From assembly GCA_963786955.1 (NCBI GenBank), contig CAWBAT010000005.1, forward strand, positions 96,001 to 160,000: 64,000 nucleotides of DNA. The letters run 5' to 3'. The stretch comes from an uncultured Acidimicrobiia bacterium. Its GTDB lineage: Bacteria; Acidobacteriota; Terriglobia; Versatilivoradales; Versatilivoraceae. Under the pieces are notes generated by a model, which ran no database searches, had not been told where the DNA came from, and worked only from the letters and a program-made list of their open reading frames with translations. Below are positions 8,960 to 18,835 of the stretch, in pieces. Made by a program: the position numbers and the translations under genes. Each line of letters starts with the position of its first letter. The first letter of the stretch is position 1.

Positions 8960-9585
8960 GAGTCAACCTCTCGAAGTAGAAATCTTGTGTCGTGGATCAG
9001 TTTTTGGATGTCCTCTTCTTCCTGGCTATCATAATACCCGCGGACCCTTCCCTTACGATCAACCAGAATGAAACGAGTACTGTGGACGGTCACATCCTGA
9101 ATATCTCCGACAAGGAAACCTGATTGGGCCAGCGCATGAATTCTGGATTTTTCACCTGTCAAAAAAAACCATCGACCTTCCTTGGCCTGAAATCTCTCAG
9201 CATATTCACTCAACACCTCGCAAGTATCGAATTCGGGGTCCACGCTAATCGAAACCAGTCTGAATGAAGCCTCCTCTTTAAAGGCCTCTTGCAATTTGGA
9301 CATACGGGAACTCATCAACGGACAGGGTCCGGGGCATCGTGTAAAGATAAAATCTGCAATCCAGACCGAACCCTTGAGATCATCCAGACCAATTGGTTTG
9401 CGGCTTCTCTCCATTAATGAGAATGAGGGGAGCTGAACCAGTGCGGGAAGAGCTGGAGAGACGGACTGCTCCCGAAGCTGCCTTAATTTGAGGTTCAGCC
9501 AGAACAAGCCAATTAAGGATCCAAGCAACAAAACGACCCCGGTGCTCAGCAATACTCTGCGAATCCACCGACCTTTATCATCCAT
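8956..9585 (-). CDS. SCO1/SenC family copper chaperone
   Basis: FIFTRCPGPCP (CxxxC), SISVDPEFD, HSTRFILVD. Start re-assigned to ATG at 9585 (MDDKGR), which overlaps the upstream TAA. Confidence 0.9.
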   Translation of the reverse strand: MDDKGRWIRRVLLSTGVVLLLGSLIGLFWLNLKLRQLREQSVSPALPALVQLPSFSLMERSRKPIGLDDLKGSVWIADFIFTRCPGPCPLMSSRMSKLQEAFKEEASFRLVSISVDPEFDTCEVLSEYAERFQAKEGRWFFLTGEKSRIHALAQSGFLVGDIQDVTVHSTRFILVDRKGRVRGYYDSQEEEDIQKLIHDTRFLLREVDS

Positions 9586-10388
9586 TAGATTCTTTTCCTG
9601 TTGGCCAGAATGCAAGAGACAAAAATTAGGGCGGCTCCAAAAACCATCGTTATCCCGATAGCCCAAGGCAGGCTGCAAATTTCCAAATTTTCCGGGTGGG
9701 GTTGACTGAGATACAAAGACTGACGCAATGCTGCCATTCCATATGTTAAGGGATTGACAATCATGATGAGTCGCATCCACGACGAAGCGCCTGAAAGAGG
9801 GAAAAGAGCTCCAGACAAAAGCCACATGGGTATCAACACCATATTCATGACGGCATGGAACCCCTGAATGGAATCGAGTTGCCAGGCAAACGCAAAACCT
9901 AAACTGCTGAGAGCCAAACTGATCAATATCATGACACTCCAGACAAAACTCAGCTGGAAGAAATTCAGTGAAATGCCCAGAAACGGCGCCAATAAAAGAA
10001 AGATCGTCCCTTGCAGAACTGCTAACGTCGTCACTCCTAAGATTTTCCCCAGAACCAAGCTTAGCCTTGAAAGCGGCGCCACCAGTACTCCGAGCAAGAA
10101 CCCTTCCCGTCGTTCTTCAATCAGTGCCATATTGGAAAAAATCGAGGTAAAAAGCAGCACCATCAAAATGGCCCCCGGGAAGAAATATGCTAGGTAGTCT
10201 CTATTGGCCGGACCTGGGCCCCCGTGAAAGGAATTCCCAAACCCTGAACCCATAAAAAACCAAAAGATCAGGGGAGTTCCAAGCGCCCCAATAACGCGGC
10301 TGGGCTGACGAAAGAAGCGAACCACCTCTCGCTTCCAAAGTGAGTACAGCGGAAGAAAAAAAATGGATGTCAACGATGGCGAAACCAT
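9585..10388 (-). CDS. ABC-2 type exporter permease
   Basis: 267 aa, about six TM; Y.AYFFPG, ERREGFL..LVAP.SR..LVLGK, LSGALFP, NPLTY. Confidence 0.9.
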   Translation of the reverse strand: MVSPSLTSIFFLPLYSLWKREVVRFFRQPSRVIGALGTPLIFWFFMGSGFGNSFHGGPGPANRDYLAYFFPGAILMVLLFTSIFSNMALIEERREGFLLGVLVAPLSRLSLVLGKILGVTTLAVLQGTIFLLLAPFLGISLNFFQLSFVWSVMILISLALSSLGFAFAWQLDSIQGFHAVMNMVLIPMWLLSGALFPLSGASSWMRLIMIVNPLTYGMAALRQSLYLSQPHPENLEICSLPWAIGITMVFGAALIFVSCILANRKRI

Positions 10389-10581
10389 ATTGGCCTAGAG
10401 GAAAATAAGGAGTAGAACCTGAATGGAGTTAACTCAAATCCCAAAGCTGCTTTAACATCACCTGTTGGCGCAGTCACGTGTTTATACTCGTACACGATCT
10501 GCTGGAATATTCGAAGGAACTTCTCTAACCACCTGAGAATGGCTGGGCCAACACACCTGATTCAGAAAGGCACATTACAAT

Positions 10582-10651
10582 GTAGGGTGGTCTCGCTGAG
10601 ACCGCCGTCCCCCATTTTGGTTTAGCGGCGCGCACGGCGTGCCCGCCCTAC
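10582..10651. repeat. GTAG-type REP doublet (REPIN-like), 70 bp
   Basis: GTAGGGTGGTCTCGCTGAGACCGCC ... GGCGCGCACGGCGTGCCCGCCCTAC; same arms and length as 769-838 with a different spacer. Confidence 0.85.
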
Positions 10652-10685
10652 CAACATCGTCTACGAATAACATCCTTAACGCGTA

Positions 10686-10922
10686 TCAATGGGCTTCCGA
10701 ATTCTTATTTCTGGAATTCAGCCATTGCCGAAACTCTTTGCTGCGCAAGCTCCAAGCTAGGTTCAGGAATGAGATGAGTGCCAGCAATAGGCACACCAAG
10801 GCCAAAAACATGCCGTCGAGGGTTGCAAACTGCTGGCTGATGACCAGCCAGCCCGCAACGATGAGACAGCCGAGCCCAAATACTGCGCTGAAAATCGTTA
10901 GAATGATTGATTCTAGCATCAT
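10686..10922 (-). CDS. Small two-TM hypothetical protein
   Basis: 78 aa from MMLESII with an AAGGAG RBS; two hydrophobic helices and a basic tail. Confidence 0.6.
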   Translation of the reverse strand: MMLESIILTIFSAVFGLGCLIVAGWLVISQQFATLDGMFLALVCLLLALISFLNLAWSLRSKEFRQWLNSRNKNSEAH

Positions 10923-11168
10923 GTTTATCTCCTTCTGCGATTCTTCAAACTCCTGTCCCACATGGAATCTCCGGGATCGGTGGTCTTCCTTCGACCAGGG
11001 CGATCCTCTTGATCTTCCCTTTCAGGCATCGAAACAGCAACGGATCGATTTTCATGTTACACGAAGGAGATGCTCATTGTCTCTCTTTGGAGTCATCTCA
11101 TTGATCCGGATCAGAAAAAACTATCGGGCAGGCCGGAGCCCTAACTTGCACCGGCATCCAAATTCGGG

Positions 11169-12128
11169 TCACCCATCGGCCACCCCATTTTCAGGCCCAT
11201 CAAACCCGGCCCCTGTCACATGGATAAACACGTCTTCCAGGGTCGGTCTTGCAAGACTAATCTCATCGATTTGACCAGGAAAAGATTCCACGAGCCGGGG
11301 AATCCATTCGTGCCCATCCTGACATTCGATTCTTAGCATACTACCCAACACGCTCACGGGAACGTCGAGCTTCCTTTTGATAGCTGTGTAAAGAGAATCC
11401 GCATCGCGGGTTCGAATGGTAATCACATCTCCGCGGACAAGCTCCTTGAGTGCCGAAGGAGAGCCCATGGCCACCAACTCGCCGCGGTTAAGAAAGGCCA
11501 ACTGGCAGCACTTCTCCGCTTCGTCCATTAAATGAGTAGTGACAAGAATGGTCACCGATTCACTCAGGTGGATTGCGTCTAACCATTTCCAAAATTCAAG
11601 CCTTGCCCTCGGATCCAGCCCGACCGTTGGCTCATCCAGAATCAACACTCGAGGTCGATGCAAAAAGGCCTTGGCCAACTCAACTCGCCGTTTCAGCCCT
11701 TCTGACAAAGTTTCCACTCGCTCGGTAGTCCTGTCTGCCAGATCAAATCGAGCCAGGACTTCTTCGGCCTGCTTCTTCAGATGCCGTCCTCGCATGGCGT
11801 AGAGATGACCGTAGCAGACCAAGTTTTCAAAAACCGTGAGTTTCTGATCCAGGCTATGCTTCTGGAAGACAACGCCTATACTCCCCCGCACAGAATGTGA
11901 AGCGGCCGCGACATCCAGTCCCAGGATCTGGGCTTTCCCAGAGGTGGGAGTGAGTAGTGTCGCCAGGATTCGAAACAGGGTTGTTTTTCCCGAACCGTTG
12001 GGTCCCAGAATCCCGAACACTTCTCCTTCATGGACCGTCAAGTTGATGCTTGACAGTGCAGGCCGGGCCCGGGTTGCGGGGTATGAAAAACAAACGTTTT
12101 CAAGGACAACGGCAAGAGATTGGCTCAC
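11169..12128 (-). CDS. ABC exporter ATP-binding subunit (DrrA-like)
   Basis: Walker A GPNGSGKT, variant signature LSEG, ILDEPT, VTTH, C-terminal PTLEDVF. Probable GTG start at 12128; the longer track ORF overlaps the next gene. Confidence 0.85.
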   Translation of the reverse strand: MSQSLAVVLENVCFSYPATRARPALSSINLTVHEGEVFGILGPNGSGKTTLFRILATLLTPTSGKAQILGLDVAAASHSVRGSIGVVFQKHSLDQKLTVFENLVCYGHLYAMRGRHLKKQAEEVLARFDLADRTTERVETLSEGLKRRVELAKAFLHRPRVLILDEPTVGLDPRARLEFWKWLDAIHLSESVTILVTTHLMDEAEKCCQLAFLNRGELVAMGSPSALKELVRGDVITIRTRDADSLYTAIKRKLDVPVSVLGSMLRIECQDGHEWIPRLVESFPGQIDEISLARPTLEDVFIHVTGAGFDGPENGVADG

Positions 12129-12148
12129 GTCTGGGTCATAGCAGAACT

Positions 12149-12388
12149 CTACGGGCGGGGCGAATTGCAACAGCGGAAAGCAAAAACAAGAATCACACTC
12201 ATAATAGTCACTGGAGGAGCCAACAATAGCAAGATCCCCCGATTGAGTGCTTGAGTCGCCTGGCTGGACTGTGCGGCAGCCGATGTCTTGCACATAGGAC
12301 ACCCCTGCGCAAAGGCGGGAGTTGCGGCACAGCAACAGAGCAAAACCCAAAGAAATATCGGAATGAGTCTTTTTACAGTTCGCCGCAT
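12149..12388 (-). CDS. Small exported CxxC protein with C-terminal TM
   Basis: 79 aa from MRRTVK; signal peptide ending AFA-QG, then CPMC and ALNRGILLLL.PP. Confidence 0.7.
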   Translation of the reverse strand: MRRTVKRLIPIFLWVLLCCCAATPAFAQGCPMCKTSAAAQSSQATQALNRGILLLLAPPVTIMSVILVFAFRCCNSPRP

Positions 12389-12464
12389 GATAATTCCCTT
12401 CAATCTCCACCTCCTACTGTGTTCCGCGGTGAGTGACCGGCAGACAGTGGCTGGCCCCAAAATT

Positions 12465-12782
12465 CTACTTGGGCCGCATGTTTAACAATCGAAGACTATC
12501 TGGGAAGAATACCACCAAAGTTGAAGCGACGACGACTAAGGCCGGAATCAAGGTCAGGACCAGGCTCTGCTTCTCGAAACGCAAGTGCATGAAATATGCC
12601 ACGATCAACGCGGCTTTCACCAGTGAAATCCCCATGAGCAAAATCAGCATGAGATTTAATGGTAAATGCTCGTAGGCCAGGAATACCTCAAGTCCGGTTA
12701 GAAAGAGCAGCGAGCCCCAAACACCAAATACCAACCCGTTCCCTATGATATGCGGTTCACCGTGTTCAGAATGTGCGCTCAA
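12465..12782 (-). CDS. Cytochrome c oxidase subunit IV family protein
   Basis: 105 aa, TTG start with GGAGG RBS; LTGLEV, KAALIVAYFMHLRFE. Confidence 0.85.
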   Translation of the reverse strand: MSAHSEHGEPHIIGNGLVFGVWGSLLFLTGLEVFLAYEHLPLNLMLILLMGISLVKAALIVAYFMHLRFEKQSLVLTLIPALVVVASTLVVFFPDSLRLLNMRPK

Positions 12783-12844
12783 AATTTGCCTCCAGAAATA
12801 GATGTGATCGCTTCAAATTTGTGGTTTCATGCTTCAGCCAGGAA

Positions 12845-13483
12845 TCAGTGCATCTTCACGGACATTAAATAAATCAAGGGAAACACAAACATCCAGACCA
12901 GGTCCACGAAATGCCAATAAAGCCCGCAGACTTCGACATGGTCCGCATTGAATCGTTTTTTCCCGACTCCGATTGCGATTGCGCCCAGGTAGAGGACTCC
13001 GGTAAACACGTGAAACATATGAAGTCCAGTAATTCCAAAGAACGTTGCGCCGAATAAGGGGACATCTTTTGCCCAGGGATTGTTAGTGAGCGTGAGTCCT
13101 TCTTCCATCAGAGTTTTCCACTCGTTGGCGTGCAACAGAATAAACAAAAGACCAAATAACATTGTGAATCCCAGCCAGCGTATGGTTGCACTCCGGTTGC
13201 CATGCTGAGACGCCTTCACGGCAAGCACCATGGTGAGGCTGCTGGAAAGGAGGAAGAAAGTCATTAGGGTTGAGATGGCGATGCTGGGCCAAAGGTGGAA
13301 CGGGGTCGGCCAATCCGCTGTGGCCATGCGCAGATAGCTGTAACCGATCAAAATCGCTGTGAAGGTCAGAGCATCCGACACGATAAACAACCACATTCCA
13401 AGTTTCTTGTGATTGACCGCGTAGGGGGAAACTCCTCCACTCCATTCTTGTAATGTGAATTCTTCGGCATGCGCGTTGGCCAT
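12845..13483 (-). CDS. ctaE: Heme-copper oxidase subunit III (second of two)
   Basis: KLGMWLFIVSD, FFGITGLHMFHV, GLYWHFVDLVW. Confidence 0.88.
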   Translation of the reverse strand: MANAHAEEFTLQEWSGGVSPYAVNHKKLGMWLFIVSDALTFTAILIGYSYLRMATADWPTPFHLWPSIAISTLMTFFLLSSSLTMVLAVKASQHGNRSATIRWLGFTMLFGLLFILLHANEWKTLMEEGLTLTNNPWAKDVPLFGATFFGITGLHMFHVFTGVLYLGAIAIGVGKKRFNADHVEVCGLYWHFVDLVWMFVFPLIYLMSVKMH

Positions 13484-13487
13484 GCAT

Positions 13488-14174
13488 TCACCTCCAGAAA
13501 AACAACAATAGAAATAAATAAATCCACAACCCGTCCATAAAATGCCAGTAGATTGAAGTGACGTCCATCAGAGTTCGCAAAGACTCAGTGGCGAATACTT
13601 GTCTTTGAGCCTTGATGGAAAGAATGGAGAGCACGATGACTCCGCCTGCGAGATGAAGGCCGTGTGCCCCCGTCATCAAATAAAAGAATGAACTGTGAGA
13701 ATTAGAACTCAAGTAAATGCCCTGCGCCGACAGTTCCTTCCAGATGAAGATCTGGCCGATCAGAAAGCCGGCTCCGAGTAAAGTCGTCAGGCTCAACCAG
13801 AATTTCACGGCCGAAGTGAGCCCATCCTTCTTCAACAGATTTCTCGAACGCTTGAGCGTGACACTACTGGCGACGAGCAAGAGGGAATTGGGAATCAATA
13901 ATGGCGGAATCGCAATCGGAACCCAATCGCCGGATGCACCCTGCCGGACAATGTAGGCACTACTCAGACCGGCAAAAAGCATGAGGATCGAAGCCACGCC
14001 GAGCCACATAGCCAGACGGTAGCTATCTGGCGAAGTCCGCGGAGCGACACCTCCTGAATCCCAGCCATGACGGTCCCCATCCCATCCGTTTGATCCGGAC
14101 CCAGCGCCGCCTCCTGAACCATGATCCGGTTGAATCGCGATACCCACTTCCTGAGGTGATAGGACTGTCGGCAT
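13488..14174 (-). CDS. Heme-copper oxidase subunit III-like (first of two)
   Basis: MLFAGLSSAY, SFFYLMTGAHGLHL, YWHFMDGLWIYLF. Confidence 0.85.
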   Translation of the reverse strand: MPTVLSPQEVGIAIQPDHGSGGGAGSGSNGWDGDRHGWDSGGVAPRTSPDSYRLAMWLGVASILMLFAGLSSAYIVRQGASGDWVPIAIPPLLIPNSLLLVASSVTLKRSRNLLKKDGLTSAVKFWLSLTTLLGAGFLIGQIFIWKELSAQGIYLSSNSHSSFFYLMTGAHGLHLAGGVIVLSILSIKAQRQVFATESLRTLMDVTSIYWHFMDGLWIYLFLLLFFWR

Positions 14175-14249
14175 AATGTTTTCAGATCTAAAGGTTCCTT
14201 CCCGTAAAGTCGCCCATGGCTAAGAAGAACTACAGGAGAAAGGGATCTC

Positions 14250-16019
14250 TCATGTTTTAGTCTGAAACGGTGGATCCGTCTGCATTACATAATCCGTAGG
14301 CGCGCCTGGAACAGAGTATTCATAAGGTCCGTGGTAAACCACCGGGATTTTGCCACCAAAATTATCATGAGGAGGTGGAGACGGAACGGTCCATTCCAAG
14401 GTTGTTGCCTGCCAAGGATTGTCTGAAGCTTTCTTCCCTTTAAAGAGGCTCCAGAACAAATTGATGAGGAACAGGAGCTGAACCGCCGCCGTCATCAGAG
14501 CCGCAATGGTGATGAACAGATGGTATCCCTGAGTCCCGGCTAGATATTTAAATTCCGTAGCCTGAGCGTATCGGCGCGGATGCCCCATAATTCCCATGAT
14601 GTGCATCGGCATGAAGATTGCGTTAACTCCCACGAAAGTCAGCCAGAAATGAATCCTGCCCATCGTTTCGTTCATCATCCGTCCAAACATTTTGGGGAAC
14701 CAGTAATAGATCCCGGCGAAGATCCCGAAGATGGCCGCTACACCCATAATCAAATGGAAGTGACCGACCGGGAAATAGGTATCGTGTAGCGGGACGTCCA
14801 GCGAGGTTTGGCCGAGAAAAAGCCCTGTAATACCTCCGGATACAAACAAGGAAACAAAACCAACGGCAAACAGAGAGGCGGCACAAAAACGGTATTTCCC
14901 CCCCCACAAAGTCCCCAGCCAATTGAAAGTTTTCACTGCAGATGGAACTCCAATGGTCAAAGTCAGCATGGAGAAAACCAGCGCTGACATGGGGCTGAGG
15001 CCGCTGACAAACATATGGTGTCCCCACACAAAGAATCCCATCAGACCAATGGCAAAAACGGCATACACCATCACCCGGTACCCGTAAATGGGTTTACGGG
15101 CGAAGGTTGACAACAGCTGCGATGTCACTCCCATTCCAGGAAGAATGGCGATGTAAACTTCCGGATGACCAAAGAACCAGAAAAGATGTTGCCAGAGGAT
15201 AGGCGACCCACCCGAGTGCGCGATCTGCCTGTCACTGATGACCAGTCCGCCTGGAATGAAAAAGCTGGTCCCACCGAGCCGATCCAACAAAAGCAGGATC
15301 CCGCCAGCCAACAACACAGGAAAGGAGAGCAACGCCAAGATGGCTGTCGTAAACCATGTCCAGACGGTCAAAGGCATGCGCATCAAAGACATCCCTTTAA
15401 CGCGCATGTTAAGCACAGTGGTGATGAAATTTAAGGCGCCCAACAGCGAGGCCACGCAAAAGATGGCGATACTAATGATCCACAAGGTCTGCCCTGCCCC
15501 CAACCCTGGGCCCGCAATTTGACCAACCGCGCTTAAGGGGGCATAGGCCGTCCATCCGGAAATCGGAGCCCCACCCGTCACAAACAAGGCAGCCACCATC
15601 ACCATCATGCTGACAAAGGTCACCCAGAAGGAAAGCATGTTCAGCGTAGGGAAGGCCATATCATCGGCCCCGATTTGAATGGGCAGAAAGTAATTTCCGA
15701 ACCCGCTTTGTGGAGCTGTAGTCAAGACGAAAAAAACCATAATGGTTCCATGCATCGTCAGCATCGCGAGATAGAATTCGGGGGTCATCGGCCCGCCTTC
15801 AAATCCCGCCGGAAAAATCTTGGCCAGCAGGGGCCAGGTCTCGGTAGGCCAGGCCAAACGCAGCCGGAAGATGAGGGATAAGCTCATCCCGAGAAAAGCT
15901 GCAACCAGAGCCAGAAAAATGTATTGGATACCGATTACCTTATGGTCAAGGCTGAATATATATTTGCGAATGAACCCTGTTGGGGCCTTATGTACTGCTG
16001 CGTGGGCAGTCTCAGACAT
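14250..16019 (-). CDS. ctaD: Cytochrome c oxidase subunit I, A1 type
   Basis: 589 aa; LDHKVIG, TMHGTIM, GWTAY, WFFGHPEVY, WGHHMF, HDTY..GHFH, PRRY. Confidence 0.97.
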   Translation of the reverse strand: MSETAHAAVHKAPTGFIRKYIFSLDHKVIGIQYIFLALVAAFLGMSLSLIFRLRLAWPTETWPLLAKIFPAGFEGGPMTPEFYLAMLTMHGTIMVFFVLTTAPQSGFGNYFLPIQIGADDMAFPTLNMLSFWVTFVSMMVMVAALFVTGGAPISGWTAYAPLSAVGQIAGPGLGAGQTLWIISIAIFCVASLLGALNFITTVLNMRVKGMSLMRMPLTVWTWFTTAILALLSFPVLLAGGILLLLDRLGGTSFFIPGGLVISDRQIAHSGGSPILWQHLFWFFGHPEVYIAILPGMGVTSQLLSTFARKPIYGYRVMVYAVFAIGLMGFFVWGHHMFVSGLSPMSALVFSMLTLTIGVPSAVKTFNWLGTLWGGKYRFCAASLFAVGFVSLFVSGGITGLFLGQTSLDVPLHDTYFPVGHFHLIMGVAAIFGIFAGIYYWFPKMFGRMMNETMGRIHFWLTFVGVNAIFMPMHIMGIMGHPRRYAQATEFKYLAGTQGYHLFITIAALMTAAVQLLFLINLFWSLFKGKKASDNPWQATTLEWTVPSPPPHDNFGGKIPVVYHGPYEYSVPGAPTDYVMQTDPPFQTKT

Positions 16020-16038
16020 GCGTTTTTCTCCCCCCCTC

Positions 16039-16830
16039 TTAGTTTAAGGCTCTCTCTTTGAGCCAGGCATTGAATTCTTCTTCCGGTAAAACCATCAAAT
16101 AGCCTTTCATCTTGTAATGCCCGAGTCCACACAACTCAGCACAGGCGATTTCGTATTCACCTGTTTTCAATGCTTTGAAGTGGATCGGGATGCGAAGCCC
16201 TGGGACGGTATCTTGTTTAAAGCGCAATGCAGGGACAAAAAAACTATGCGTGACATCTTTGGATCTCAAAAACACCTGGATATTACGATTCACGGGTATG
16301 GCCATCCGATTGATGCTGACAATATCATCTTTCGACGCAGGGTCTTTGGGGTCAAGCCCAACCGGGTTCTCTTGATCATTAATCAATTTCGGATCGGTGC
16401 GACCGAAGACTCCGTCTGGTCCGGGATATCGGATGTTCCACACAAACTGCTGCCCCGTGACCTCCATCTGGAGAGCATTGGCAGGGGGCTCCGACAAATG
16501 CAGTTGCGCCCATACTCTCTGTCCCAATATGGCAATGATGACGAAAGTAACGCCAGTCACCACCATGACAAGCACTTCGAACTTTGTGTTGCCGTGGGTA
16601 TAAACAGCCTTGCTATTCGGACGGTCACGGTACTTCCAGACATAGAGCCCCAGCAGTACCTGAGACGACACAAAGCCTATACCCACGACCACCAAAGTCC
16701 TTATAAACTGAGCATCAATCGCAGGCGCAAATTCCGAAATTCCTTCCGGAAACCAGCCATATCTTCCCGAAAAGAGCACTATGGCAGACAATGTAATGAG
16801 CCAGATGATGACAGCAAGAGCGCGTGACAT
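16039..16830 (-). CDS. ctaC: Cytochrome c oxidase subunit II (CuA), no fused cytochrome c
   Basis: DVTHSFFVP and CAELCGLGHYKM CuA ligands; two TM; no CxxCH. Confidence 0.95.
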   Translation of the reverse strand: MSRALAVIIWLITLSAIVLFSGRYGWFPEGISEFAPAIDAQFIRTLVVVGIGFVSSQVLLGLYVWKYRDRPNSKAVYTHGNTKFEVLVMVVTGVTFVIIAILGQRVWAQLHLSEPPANALQMEVTGQQFVWNIRYPGPDGVFGRTDPKLINDQENPVGLDPKDPASKDDIVSINRMAIPVNRNIQVFLRSKDVTHSFFVPALRFKQDTVPGLRIPIHFKALKTGEYEIACAELCGLGHYKMKGYLMVLPEEEFNAWLKERALN

Positions 16831-17005
16831 CCTATAATCTCCTTTTACTCAAAAGGATAGACACCCTGCCCGGCAGCTTTCTGAGCAACCGAAGCACGAG
16901 CAGTAGAAGGCAAAAGAAGCAACGAAGAGACTGTTATTCGCCCAGTAGCCCGGATTCGAGTGAACACGATGGCAAACGAGCGAAATTTATCGATATCCGC
17001 TCACT

Positions 17006-17932
17006 TCATGCTTTGTCAATGACCATCATCGCGTAAATGAGAGGAAGGTAGATGACAGTCACATGCAAAAGGACCCTGGCCTGCAATCGGGATCGAAGGA
17101 CCGAGGCCCTCAGGGCAAAAAAAAGCAAGCTCAAACTGAGCAGAAGAGCCGCGCAAAAATAAAGGCTTCCGGTCATGCCAAGCATTGTCGGGGTCAGGCT
17201 CAGCGGGATCAAGACCAACGACGTCGCCAGGACTTCCAGAAACGCCAGGTTACCCTCAGGGTCCCGCTGCGGGAGCATGAGCATACCGGCGCATGCATAA
17301 TCCTCTTTATACATCCACGCAATTGCCAGGAAATGTGGGAATTGCCAGGCAAATAAGAGAGCATACAGCACCCACGCCTCGAGCCCGGCACTGTTCCTGA
17401 CAGCCGTCCAGCCCATGAGCACTGGGGCCGCCCCGGGGAAGGCCCCGACAAACGTAGCCCAACTGGTCTTCCTCTTAAGTGGCGTATAGACAAGCAAGTA
17501 ACTCAGCAGCGTCAGAAGTCCAATAACACTCGTCAAAAGGTTTACAAAGACGGCGAGGTACGCTCCCCCCAATACCGACAAGGTAATCCCGAAATTCAAT
17601 ACCTCGCTGGGTTTGAGTCTGCCTGAAGGCAACGGTCGCTGGGCCGTGCGTCGCATACGGCCATCCAAGTCACGTTCCATATAGTGATTTAAGGTGGCAG
17701 TACCACCGGCAACCAGCGCGGTTCCAAGAACCGCATGGAAAAGAGTCCAGAGACTCAGAGCACCTTGGGCTGCCATATAACAGCCAAGGCCCGTAGCAAT
17801 AAGGACGAGAAAAGTAACTTCGGGCTTAATCAGACAGAAATAATCCGACACCCGGGACAACGTGGAATCGGCCCGACTCGAAATGCCCGAAATCTCAACC
17901 TTAGTTATTTCTCCCTCAACCTTCATGATCAC
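17006..17932 (-). CDS. ctaB: Protoheme IX farnesyltransferase (heme O synthase)
   Basis: LNHYMERDLDGRMRRTAQRPLPSG, YTPLKR, WQFPHF, DY..AG..MLP. Confidence 0.95.
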   Translation of the reverse strand: MIMKVEGEITKVEISGISSRADSTLSRVSDYFCLIKPEVTFLVLIATGLGCYMAAQGALSLWTLFHAVLGTALVAGGTATLNHYMERDLDGRMRRTAQRPLPSGRLKPSEVLNFGITLSVLGGAYLAVFVNLLTSVIGLLTLLSYLLVYTPLKRKTSWATFVGAFPGAAPVLMGWTAVRNSAGLEAWVLYALLFAWQFPHFLAIAWMYKEDYACAGMLMLPQRDPEGNLAFLEVLATSLVLIPLSLTPTMLGMTGSLYFCAALLLSLSLLFFALRASVLRSRLQARVLLHVTVIYLPLIYAMMVIDKA

Positions 17933-18834
17933 GATGCCTCTTGGGTTGCCCGAGATAGATTAAGGGGTGCGGCCGCTGGCGCCATTATCCGGAACACCTG
18001 AATGGTCAACACGACACAGGTTGCCAAAAGCAATGCTCCTACGGCTAAGTGCGCAGTGGTCACGGCCACCGGAAGCGGCAACGGTTGAACATCTTCGCGG
18101 CCTGTGAGTCTGACCAAATAAGATCCGACCCCCAGGGAAATTTGAATCATCAGGAGAAAGCCTAGCATTAGTGCAGGGTTGAAGAGTTCTGAACGATGCT
18201 CAAAGAATTTATAAATCCGCCCGATATACCAGAGAATTAAGATGGCGACCAGGAATGCCCCCGCCACATGAAATACAATTCCCGATTTCGAATGCCGGAG
18301 AGCTGCCCCCAATATCAGCTGCAAATAAACAGCAGCCGTGGCCCAAACACCAATTTTTCTTAATGAAAGTTGCTTCCTGTCCTCGGCCTCCAATTCAATC
18401 TTATTTTGCCAGCCTTTCGATGTCAGTAGGGCTAAGCTCGCAATGAGACAGAAAAAAGTCTGCGCCAGGCAAGCATGCATCACGGAGACCGGCGCCGGCA
18501 GGAATAAAAGGACTGTGAGGCCACCCAGTAAGCCTTGAGCAATGACTGCCCCCAGAGCGGAAAATGCCACGATGCGAACGAGCCTGCGTTTCTCCTGTTT
18601 CCAAACCCAGAAAGCCAGAATAACGGTCAGAAGGCCAACAAAACTGGCAATCATTCTGTGCCCATGCTCATAGAAAATTCCTCCGATCATGGGAGGAGTG
18701 AGGGATCCATAAGAAAGTGGCCAGTCGGGCACAGACAGGCCTGCCTCATTGCCGGTCACTAGGGCTCCGGCAATGAGGAGCAGGAAAGTGCAAAAGGCCG
18801 TGAAAAGAATGTATCTGTGCAGCCAGAGATTCAT
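17929..18834 (-). CDS. ctaA: Heme A synthase (COX15/CtaA)
   Basis: AGLSVPDWP, YEHGHR, QGLLGGLTV, HACLA, H..GA, AHLAVGA; start re-assigned to MNLWLH at 18834. Confidence 0.9.
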   Translation of the reverse strand: MNLWLHRYILFTAFCTFLLLIAGALVTGNEAGLSVPDWPLSYGSLTPPMIGGIFYEHGHRMIASFVGLLTVILAFWVWKQEKRRLVRIVAFSALGAVIAQGLLGGLTVLLFLPAPVSVMHACLAQTFFCLIASLALLTSKGWQNKIELEAEDRKQLSLRKIGVWATAAVYLQLILGAALRHSKSGIVFHVAGAFLVAILILWYIGRIYKFFEHRSELFNPALMLGFLLMIQISLGVGSYLVRLTGREDVQPLPLPVAVTTAHLAVGALLLATCVVLTIQVFRIMAPAAAPLNLSRATQEAS

Positions 18835-18835
18835 A

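Noticed and set aside
8956-12410. Long N-terminal extensions in the ORF track (SCO to 9825, ABC to 12410; likewise ctaA, the lipoprotein, Rieske, hyfC, the methyltransferase, nuoB and folB)
   Set aside because: They overlap neighbouring genes or repeats; downstream starts with an RBS or stop/start coupling fit better.
12845-14174. Two subunit III genes as a novel duplication
   Set aside because: Two adjacent subunit III-like genes are a known arrangement in several phyla.
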